Shown: piece after piece, positions 53,783 through 64,000 of the stretch
Numbering within the stretch: the first letter of the stretch is position 1
Layout of the letters: each line of letters begins with the position of its first letter
From: Octopus sinensis
Lineage: Eukaryota
Assembly (NCBI RefSeq): GCF_006345805.1
Contig: NC_043000.1
Coordinates: forward strand, 16,058,001-16,122,000
Direction: 5' to 3'
DNA: 64,000 bases
Made by a program: the position numbers and the translations under genes
Notes under the pieces: generated by a model
What the model was told of the DNA's origin: nothing
What the model saw: the letters and a program-made list of their open reading frames with translations, nothing else
Database searches by the model: none

Positions 53783-54081
53783 TCTTTATATATAATAGTG
53801 AAGTTGTGTGTCTGTCTCCTACGATTTAGATTCCTAACTACTCTCACATTTTGCGGTGCAGTGTACCCAAATGTGGGTATCTTATAGTCGTGATTCATAT
53901 CACGCCCTTCTGGGTATTAGCATGCGTCTACGATGAGTCTACGATTTAAAAAAAAATTACCATCATTTTTTCCCATTTTTAATGCATTTTTTTTGCTATT
54001 ATATAAGGGAAGTAACTCTCTAAAAATGCTTATATAGTTATTTCCCTTACAAACCCGAGCAACGTCGGGCGATACTGCTAG
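53783..54081 (+). mobile_element. Helitron, type B
   Basis: Matches 6449-6829 with a shorter internal repeat. Confidence 0.8.
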
Positions 54082-55109
54082 TATATATATAGTAAAATAT
54101 TCTTTTCTACGCTAGGCACAAGGCCCAAAATTTTTTTTGGTGGGGGAACCAGTCAATTAGATCGACCCCAGTATGCAACTGGTAATTAATTTATCAACCC
54201 TAAAAGGATGAGAGGTGAAGTCAACCTCAGCGGAATTTGAACTCAGAACATTATAATAATATTGCATGGAAAAATGGCAAAGGAACACACACACAGAAAA
54301 TGAGAAAAAACGCACACAAGACATGGACACGCACATCCTTCATCATTTACGGACCAAAATTCCACACAAATTTATGCCATTATCAATATATACACACACA
54401 CATACTATATATATATTTATATACATATCATAGGCGCAGGAGTGGCTGTGTAGTAAGTAGCTTACTTACTAACCACATGGTTCCGGGTTCAGTCCCACTG
54501 CATGGCACCTTGGGCAAGAGTCTTCTACTAAAGCCTCGGGCCGACCGAAGCCTTCTGAGTGAATTTGGTAGATGGAAATTTAAAGAAGCCTGTCGTGTAT
54601 GTATGTATGTGTTTGTGTGTCTGTGTTTGTCCCCCCAACATCACTTGACAATCGATGCTGGTGTGTTTACGTCCCCGTCACTCAGCGCTTCGGCAAGACA
54701 GACCGATAGAATAAGTACTAGGCTTACAAAGAATAAGTCCTGGGGTCAATTTGCTCGATTAAAGGTGGTGCTCCAGCATGGCCACAGTCAAATGCCTGAA
54801 ACAAATAAAAAAAGATATCTCTGTGTGTGTTCCCAACTTGAACCCTCCATAAATCATAAATTTTATTTTAGAATTTGTGGGAGCAACTGTCTTTGAAGAC
54901 TCATATTGTCGTTGAATGCCCAAAATGAGAAGTAGATAGACAGCTGACAACTGATGAAGGGTCCTTTCTCTGAGTTTACTTGTCCTGATTTCCATTTTTT
55001 CTCATTGTTTACGTATTTAACTCATTTGTTTATATATTTCCTGTTATTTGCACCGTTGGTGACATCATGTACCCACATATGCATGTATATATATATATAT
55101 ATATATATA

Positions 55110-55755
55110 TCATCATCATCATCATCATCGTTTAACGTCCGTTCTCCATGCTAGCATGGGTTGGACGGTTCGACCGGGGATCTGGGAAGCCAGAAGGCTG
55201 CACCAGGCTCCAGTCTTATCTGGCAATGTTTCTACAGCTGGATGCCCTTCCTAACGCCAACCACTCCGTGAGTGTAGTGGGTGCTTTTTACGTGCCACCC
55301 GCACAGGTGCCAGGCGAGGCTGGCAACGGCCACGGTCGGATTGGTGCAATTCACGTGCCACCGGCACAGAAGCCAGTCAAGGCGGCGCTGGCATCGGCCA
55401 CGATTCAGATAGTGCTTTTTACGTACCACCAGTCCAGGGGACCTGGCATCTGCTGGGTGCCAGTCATAGGATTGGTTCAATTTCGATTTCGATTTCACTT
55501 GCCCCAACATGTCTTCGCAAGCAAAGAGGGTTGGCATGGGTGCCTGTCGTCGGATGAGGTTCGATATCAACTTCGCTTGCCTCAACAGGTCTTTGTGTCC
55601 AAGGGAGGAAAGGCATGCATAAGTGGGCTGGGCTCACTTGTCCTGCCTGGTCTTCTCACGTACAGCATATTTCCAAAGGTCTCGGTCACTGGTCATTTCC
55701 TCAGTGAGGCCTAAAGTTCAAAGGTCGTGCTTCACCACCTCGTCCCAGGTTTTCC
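55110..55755 (-). mobile_element. Same RTE family, ORF end plus longer 3'UTR
   Basis: Ends ...MTSDRDLWKYAVREKTRQDK*; 3'UTR nearly identical to the 19.2-kb copy. Confidence 0.85.
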
Positions 55756-56743
55756 ATATTTATATTATGTATTATTTATAATTTAATTGAATGCAATGCA
55801 TCCATTTCCAAGTAAGCTTATCTTCACATTTTTGATGTGACTCTCTATACTGGTTTCTTCCTGCATCCTTCTCTAATTCCCTTTTTCTCCCCCTCCCTCC
55901 TTCAGCGTTTTTTATCTGTCTCTCTCTCTCCTCCTCTTTCTCTTTTTCTCTTTCTCTCTCTCGTTGCTCACACATGACCATCGTTCATCTTTCTTTTCCT
56001 GCATGGACATTCAAAAGAGCGGACATGTCTTTTTTTCTCTCTCTCTTCTATCTTTTCTCTTTTCAAAAAAAAAAAATGTTTCTCCCAGTGTTCACTATTT
56101 TCCTCTCATCCTGGTTCAACGACCCCCCATGTTTGTTTCTGTTCAGTTTCCTTGTATGTCTCCACTGTCATGTTTTTGTTCCGAACTTTGACTCTCCATA
56201 AATCCTGAATTTTATTTTAGAATTTATGGGAGCAACTGTCTTTGAAGACTCGTATTGCCATTTAATGCTCGAAAGGAGGTGTAGACAGACAGCCAACAAC
56301 TGATGAAGGGTCTTTCTCTGTGTTTACTTGTCCCGTTTTCCATTTTGTTCTTGTTGTTTATGTATTTCATGTTATTTGCACCGTTGGTGACATCCTGTAC
56401 CCACATATGCATGTGTGTGTGTGTATATATAATATATATATCTTATTTATTATTATATATTACAGATATATATAAATATATATATGTATGTATATATATA
56501 TATATAAATATGTATATTTATATTATATATATATTATATATATATATATTATATACATTATATAATTAGGGCTTAGTAAAATAAATTACTTTGCCACATA
56601 CTGAACTTAGTAGAAATAGCAGCCAAAAAAATTTTTCTTAGCATTTCTACTACTTAAGAAAATTTCTCTCAGATAATGTTTACTCCAGACAGCTCACGAA
56701 GGTTGGGGGTAAATACAGAAAAATATCACAAGTACATAGATCG

Positions 56744-56806
56744 TTTGAGTACGTCAACGTTTCAAGATTAGCCAAATAAAATCAGCATTTCTTTCGTCAG
56801 CTCAAA
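56744..56806 (-). ncRNA. Type-I hammerhead ribozyme, intact core
   Basis: Same motif as at 57301, 557 nt away on the same strand. Confidence 0.9.
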
Positions 56807-57300
56807 TTTCTTAATTGGATTTGGAAACACTAAAAAGAAGGAACTTTACCTATCAGCGAACTTGTCGCTTCAGATGAACCACTCCAACTAAACAGTGTCA
56901 ACAATTCAAAATGCGCAGGCGTAAAATTCTGCACTCCCCATTCCACCCACGTGGTCTATCTAGCAAACATTATATTTAAACCGCGAGAACCGAGGCAGTA
57001 TGACCGAGAGAAATGAATTATAATATCAACAATGAGGGTAAAATTAATTAATAATCAATTCACCAAGTGTTCAGTATGTAAAAGGACCATTTAAGGCGAA
57101 TTCAAAATATACATTTATAATTAGGGCTTAGTAAAATAAATTACTTTGCCACATACTGAACTTAGTAGAAATAGCAGCCAAAAAAAATTTTTCTTAGCAT
57201 TTCTACTACTTAAAGAAAATTTCTCTCAGATAATGTTTACACCAGACAGCTCACGAAGGTTGGGGGTAAATACAGAAAAATATCACAAGTACATAGATCG

Positions 57301-57363
57301 TTTGAGTACGTCAACGTTTCAAGATTAGCCAAATAAAATCAGCATTTCTTTCGTCAGCTCAAA
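57301..57363 (-). ncRNA. Type-I hammerhead ribozyme, intact core
   Basis: Reverse complement of the 57891 motif: tttgag-tacgtcaacgtttc...tcgtcag-ctcaaa. Confidence 0.9.
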
Positions 57364-57890
57364 TTTCTTAATTTGGATTTGGAAACACTAAAAAGAAGGA
57401 ACTTTACCTATCAGCGAACTTGTCGCTTCAGATGAACCACTCCAACTAAACAGTGTCAACAAATTCAAAATGCGCAGGCGTAAAATTCTGCACTCCCCAT
57501 TCCACCCACGTGGTCTATCTAGCAAACATTATATTTTAACCGCGAGAACCGAGGCAGTATGACCGAGAGAAATGAATTATAATATTTTGAATTCGCCTTA
57601 AATGGTCCTTTTACATACTGAACACTTGGTGAAATTGATTAATTAATTAATTTTACCCTCAATTGTTGATATTATAATTCATTTCTCTCGGTCATACTGC
57701 CTCGGTTCTCGCGGTTAAAATATAATGTTTGCTAGATAGACCACGTGGGTGGAATGGGGAGTGCAGAATTTTATGCCTGCGCATTTTGAATTTGTTGACA
57801 CTGTTTAGTTGGAGTGGTTCATCTGAAGCGACAAGTTCGCTGATAGGTAAAGTTCCTTCTTTTTAGTGTTTCCAATCCAAATTAAGAAAT

Positions 57891-57952
57891 TTTGAGCTGA
57901 CGAAAGAAATGCTGATTTTATTGGCTAATCTTGAAACGTTGACGTACTCAAA
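57891..57952 (+). ncRNA. Type-I hammerhead ribozyme, intact core
   Basis: Stem I tttgag/ctcaaa; core CUGACGA (57897-57903); stem II aaga/tctt with an inner gctga/ttggc helix; GAAA (57933-57936); stem III cg-uuga-cg; GUA triplet, predicted cut after 57946. Confidence 0.9.
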
Positions 57953-58226
57953 CGATCTATGTACTTGTGATTTTTCTGTATTTACCCCCAAACCTTCGTG
58001 AGCTGTCTGGAGTAAACATTATCTGAGAGAAATTTTCTTTAAGTAGTAGAAATGCTAACAAAATTTTTTTGGCTGCTATTTCTACTAAGTTCAGTATGTG
58101 GCAAAGTAATTTATTTTACTAAGCCCTAATTATATAATGTAATATTTTGAATTCGCCTTAAATGGTCCTTTTACATACTGAACACTTGGTGAAATTGATT
58201 AATTAATTAATTTTACCCTCAATTGT

Positions 58227-58308
<82 letters not shown>

Positions 58309-58347
58309 ATATATTATATAATATATATATATATATATACATACATA

Positions 58348-58384
<37 letters not shown>

Positions 58385-58397
58385 TTATTATATATAT

Positions 58398-58442
<45 letters not shown>

Positions 58443-58954
58443 CATACATACATACATACATGCACACAGACACACATATATGCATATCTGTATTATACAT
58501 ACGCACACCCACATCATAATCTCTCGCATAAAGTTCGATTTTTTTTTTAAGCTATACAGGCCTTGAATATTAATATTCTACTCTGGAGCATTTAATTAAC
58601 CAAAGAAAATAAGGATGCTCAAAAACTCCTTAACAAAATCCTTTTGCCATCTGTATTTGAAAGCCCTTAAAAAAAAAACTTCAAACTGAATTCCAATATA
58701 ATTTCCAGTCTCCCGGGAAACTGGTATTGAAAGGTGAACAAACAATATACAATGCAAGATTCAATTGGAAGTTCCATGAGACGTACAGCTAAGAGAGGAA
58801 ATTTAATAAACAAAGTAATTTCATTGATCCTTGGTGTACGCCAGACAAAGCTTGGTCATTTTGCATGATGCAAGCAGGGATGAAATGACAAGAGTAATTT
58901 TTAAAAAAAATTCATCTTTGGTGAACAATGATGGGAATGATGAGGATTTCTGAC

Positions 58955-58956
<2 letters not shown>

Positions 58957-59012
<56 letters not shown>

Positions 59013-59032
59013 ACCTCCTCCTCCTCCTCCTC

Positions 59033-59065
<33 letters not shown>

Positions 59066-59088
59066 TAATAATAATAATAATAATAATA

Positions 59089-59132
<44 letters not shown>

Positions 59133-59169
59133 AATAATAATGATGATGATGATGATAATAATAATAATA

Positions 59170-59204
<35 letters not shown>

Positions 59205-59286
59205 AATAATAATGATAATGATGATGATGATGATGATGATGATGATAATAATAATAATGATGATGATGATGATAATAATAATAATA

Positions 59287-59322
<36 letters not shown>

Positions 59323-59415
59323 TGATGATGATGATGATGATGATGATGATAATAATAATGATAATAATGATAATAATAATAATATTGATAATAATAATAA
59401 TAATAATAATAATAT
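58957..59415. repeat. Compound trinucleotide microsatellite
   Basis: (GCT)n(CCT)n(ACT)n(AAT)n, then mixed (GAT)/(AAT). Confidence 0.95.
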
Positions 59416-59419
59416 AATA

Positions 59420-59970
59420 AATGCCCTGATGCAGTACCAGGCAATGGCTCTCATGGCTTCTGATCTTAACTGATTGGAAGTGTTATCATGTACATTGTTT
59501 TGTCTTGGTATAAAAGATGGGCTACAGCAAATATTCTGCTCAATACCACAGATTTGCTTGTCAGTTGTTTGACCTTAACCAGTTGAGCCTGTCCCTCAGT
59601 GGCTGACGATATGTGCATTTCTGATCACGAGCAGAAGTAGTGGGGGAGCATCATAGCCATGTGTTGAGAGGGATTCTTTGGGGTTTGAATAATTCACCTC
59701 TGGAAACATGGGTGGTTCTTTCAACATCCTTAAACAACCCTTATTCAGGGACCATTTGAGCGGGATGGGCTACTCAACCTGAAGAAAATTCTAACTAGGC
59801 CCCACCTGCAAGGTCATGTGCTGTTTATCTTGATATGAGATCACCATGTCGTGCACATATGGTTGTGATGCATGTGCCTGGTGTGCCCTTATCAGACGGG
59901 TAGTCATGATGGGTATATTGGGCTTCGTATATTTTACCCCAGTGTCACTTTGATGGCATGAACTGCTCTC
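59420..59970 (-). repeat. Probable retroelement 3' remnant with (TTA)n tail
   Basis: Complex 550-bp segment between trinucleotide arrays; on the minus strand it runs into (TTA)n. Single copy in this window. Confidence 0.4.
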
Positions 59971-59974
59971 TCAT

Positions 59975-60145
59975 CATAATAATAATAAAATAATAATAAT
60001 AAATAATAATAATAATAATAAGAAGAATAAGAAAAGAAGAAGAAGAAGAAGAAGAAGAAGAAAAGAAGAAGAAGAAGAAGAAGAAGAAGAAGAAGAAGAA
60101 GAAGAAGAAGAAGAAGAAGAAGAAGAAGAAAAGAAGAAGAAGAGA
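59975..60145. repeat. (AAT)n(AAG)n microsatellite
   Basis: Seen directly; (AGT)n(AGC)n(AGT)n also at about 60345-60497. Confidence 0.95.
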
Positions 60146-60346
60146 ATGGTACACAACCAGCAAGTTGGGGGGAGGGGATGAGAAGATTACATCGACCCCA
60201 GTGTTCAACTGGTACTTATTTTATTGTCCCCAAAAGGATGGAAGGCAAAGTCAACCTCAGCAGGATCTGAACTCAGAACATTAAGATGGACAAAATACCA
60301 CTAAGCATTTTTCCAGTGTGTTAACATTTCTGCCAGCTCATCCACT

Positions 60347-60460
<114 letters not shown>

Positions 60461-60639
60461 TAGTAGTAGTGTAGTAGTAGTAGTAGTAGTAGTAGTCCTT
60501 GCTAGTAAAGGCATAAGGCCTGAAATTTGGGGTAGGGGCTAGTGGATTACATCAACCCCAGTGTTCAACTGCTTCTTATTTCATTGACCCTGAAAGGATG
60601 AAAGGCAAAATCGACCTCAGTGGAATTTGAACTCAAAAC

Positions 60640-61738
60640 GTAATAGAGTAAGGAGGAGGAAAGGAACCAGTGAAGAAAACAAGATAGTGATGCAGTGCTT
60701 CTTAGAGAAGTTTGATAAGTTGCCAGGACTGTATTGAAGCAGAGGAAAACAGCTTAGGGTGGTGTATAAAAAATGCCATGGAGCCATTGTTGAAATATAT
60801 GAAGAAAGCTGGCGTCATTAAAACTGAGAATTGTGTAATGAAAGAAAAATTTAAAGAAGAAATGAACACAAAAAAAGAAACAGCATGGAAAGGGAAAAAA
60901 TGTATGGTCAATTCGCAAGTGATGTGAATGCCAAGACAGATACAGAGGACGGGTGACTATGGATGAGGAGTGACCTGAAGATAGAGACAGAAACACTGTT
61001 ATGCGCAGCTCAAGAACAAGTCTTAAGGATCAACTATGTGAAGTGCAGAATAGACAACACTACTGACAGCAACAAATGCAGAATGTGTGGTGAGAGGGGT
61101 GAAACGGTATAGCTCATTGTTAGCGAATACCTGAAATTGGCACGTGAATATAAAAGAGGCTATGTGGCAAGAATGTGGCAAGAACGATCCATTGGGAGTT
61201 CTGTGGAAATCATGGCCTACAAAGAGCAAGATGTGGTATGAGCAAACCCCAGAAGGAGACACCAAGAATGAGAATTACAAAATCCTGTGGGATGCAATGA
61301 TTCAGTGCAATCACCTGACCAGACATTAGAAACTGAACATTGTTGCAGTGAATAAAAACAAAAGAACATGCATGATAATCGACTTACTATGCCCTGGTCA
61401 CAATAGGATCAATGAGAAAGAAGAAGAAAAAATAAACAACTATGACAATTTCAAGTGGGAAATACGAAGGTTGTGGTCAATGAAGAGGGTAGACGTGATA
61501 GCAATAGTAATTGGCACACTTGGAAGTATCAGCACTCAACTACCAGCATGGCTGAAAATGATTGGTGCAAATGTGAAGGTAGAACACCAACAAAAATCAG
61601 CATTGCTTGGAACTGCAAGAGTTCTTCGCAGGGTTCTTGAAGTATGACCAGTAAACAAGTGTCACCTTAGTGTGCTGGCTGTGGGTTGCTGACACTTTCT
61701 ATTATACCCAGAAAAATAAGCTGTGAGTTTTCATCACA
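60640..61738 (+). mobile_element. 5'-truncated RLE-type LINE (R4/Dong-like), degraded
   Basis: AAQEQ motif, CRMC zinc knuckle, KILWD, and TCMIID...EKEEEKINNY...IVIGTLG...KSALLGTARVLRRVL; several stops and frameshifts. Confidence 0.8.
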
Positions 61739-62110
61739 TCTATTATATAAAATCCGTTCTGTCTGTGTGTGTGTCTTCTAGGATCTTGGGCATCCTCCAT
61801 CCGATTGCGCTCAAATTTGATATGTAGATACTGACGGTATCAGGGCATGTATAAGTCTTGAAAAAATTACAAAAATCGATTCTAGGTGAGAATGTGATTG
61901 ATAAAGCCGTGGGAACGTGCATCTGTATGCACAAGTACAGGCGCAGGAGTGGCTGTGTGGTAAATAGCTTGCCTACCAACCACATGGTTCCGGGTTCAGT
62001 CCCACTGTGTGGCACCTCGGGCAAGTGTCTTCTGCTATAGCCTCAGGCCGACCAATGCCTTGTGAGTGGATTTGGTAGACGGAAACTGAAAGAAGCCCGT
62101 CGTATATATG

Positions 62111-62143
<33 letters not shown>

Positions 62144-64000
62144 TTGTCCCCCCACCATTGCTTGACAACTGATGCTGGTGTGTTTATGTCCCCGTCACTT
62201 AGCGGTTCGGCAAAAGAGACCGATAGAATAAGTACTGGGCTTACAAAGAATAAGTCCCGGGGTCGAGTTGCTCAACTAAAGGCGGTGCTCCAGCATGGCC
62301 GCAGTCAACTGACTGAAACAACTAAAAGAGTAAAAGAGAGAGTAATGTACATCAGCTGTTGCGATCAATACTACACGTGTGCAAGAAAAATGCACGTGCA
62401 GTTTGCTCAAAAAAAGCTGGCTGGTTTGAAATAATGCCACAAAATGGGACGGTCAGACAAGTTGTTTTAAGAAAATTTGATTTAAATGTTTGACAACCCA
62501 GCACCGTCCAGTGGATGGTGGGGGGTGTTTTGCTCGTAATAATAATAACCCTTTCTACTATAGCCACAAGACCTGAAATTTGTGGGGAGGGGGACCGGTT
62601 GATTACATCAACTCGTGTTACACTGGTACTTAATTTATCAACCCCAAAAGGATGAAAAACAAAGTTGACCTCAGTGTAAGTTGAACTCAGAACATACCCA
62701 CAGACAAAGCTCCACAAAGCATTTTGCCCAGTATACTAATGATTCTGCCAGTGCACCATGTTAAATAATAATAATCTTTTGTACTATAGGTACAAGGCCT
62801 AAAATTTTGTGGGGAGGGACCTTGTTGAAGGTAAAGTTGACCTTGGCAGACTTAGAACCAGAGCCAGAAGAAATACTATGATTACTTTGAAAACTGTTTG
62901 ATAAATGGAAAGCTATAGAGAACCACAAAATACATAATTTCTTGTGAAATTACATTTTTTTCTGAAACACCTAACTCTTATGTTAGTGTAAAAGTTCAAA
63001 TAGGTCGTACTGAAAGTGCAGTTTCAAGACAGAGCATCTTTGAAAACCTATTTCTTTGTTATACACTTGTCCTCTTACCTTTTGAGAGTTATAAATTTTC
63101 ATTTCACTTAAGAAATAAACAATCTTAAGTATGGAACAAAATTGAAGACATAATCTATTTTTTGTATTATTCTGTTATGGTACAACAATTCATACTTATG
63201 GATATAGGGCCGGTTTTAATTATCTTCTTTTTCGGCAAAGTGGCAGAATTGTTTGCACGCTGGGCAAAATACTTAGTGGTATTTCGTCTGCCACTATGTT
63301 CTGAGTTCAAATTCTACCGAGGTCGACTTTGCCTTTCATCCTTTTGGGGTCGATTAAATAAGTACTATTTACGCACTGGGGTCGATGTAATCGACTTAAT
63401 CCGTTTGTCTGTCCTTGTTTGTCCCCTCTATGTTTAGCCCCTTGTGGGCAATAAAGAAATAAAAAGAAATAAAAATTATCTTTTTCCTTTGTGGTGAGAG
63501 TGTTGCTTATAGCAAATGTATTTTGTCAGTATTGGGGCTGCTTTATTTATATTTATTCGCAGGTGGCACGTAAAAAGCACCCACTACACTCACGGAGTGG
63601 TTGGCATTAGGAAGGGCATCCAGCTGTAGAAACACTGCCAGATCTGACTGGCCTGATGCAGCCTTCGGGCTTCTCAGACACCAGTTGAACCATCCAACCC
63701 ATGCTAGCATGGAAAGCGGACGTTAAACGATGATGATGATGATAATGATAACAAAGAATTTTGTAAAATAACTTTGTTATCATTAAGCTGGTGTTAAGAA
63801 CATAAATTGTGGCTAAGGTTTGGTTGAAGATTTTAATTCAAAACTTATGGAAACAAGACATTTGTACTCAGAGCCAGAGCTGGTTTCAGCTGGATTGGTA
63901 ATGAAAAGGTTAATGGTTATGATGAGTTCTTTGCCACTTAGTCAAGGCCTTGCTGCAGTGTTATATATACATTTTTCTTTTTCCCTACTGATCTATTGTA

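Larger units (their letters stand above)
56553..58232. mobile_element. Hammerhead-ribozyme-bearing ~556-bp tandem/inverted element (retrozyme or Penelope pLTR-like), 3 monomer equivalents
   Basis: Direct copies at about 56553-57108 and 57109-57585 (partial), inverted copies at 57582-58140 and 58141-58232 (partial). Near-identical, no ORF, flanked on both sides by (TA)n. Confidence 0.85.

Noticed and set aside
54237-54896. 219-aa ORF and many 60-120 aa ORFs ending in LKAVLQHG or FLQLDALPN
   Set aside because: Recurrent chance translations of SINE and RTE-UTR sequence.
58821-59454. Poly-I/H/Y/M ORFs
   Set aside because: Trinucleotide microsatellite.

Overview
AT-rich, repeat-dense animal genomic DNA. 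The SINE, LINE and microsatellite make-up resembles octopus/cephalopod genomes; this is my recognition, not a database result. Only one host coding exon is well supported: a 96-bp first coding exon of an FHA-domain DNA-repair gene, best matching APLF (minus strand, 28871-28966), inside a ~2.6-kb SINE-free island. The rest is tRNA-derived SINEs, 5'-truncated RTE, Tx1/L1 and R4/Dong-like LINEs, a Penelope-like GIY-YIG remnant, non-autonomous Helitrons, mariner, piggyBac-like and hAT-like derivatives, and mini/microsatellites. The most interesting feature is at 56.55-58.23 kb: a non-coding ~556-bp unit present as exactly three monomer-equivalents in a tandem-plus-inverted arrangement between (TA)n tracts. 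Each monomer carries an intact minimal type-I hammerhead ribozyme (retrozyme or Penelope pLTR-like). Decayed hammerhead motifs and several fold-back palindromes cluster at neighbouring (TA)n tracts (50-58 kb). Almost all entries in the ORF track are low-complexity or repeat artefacts.
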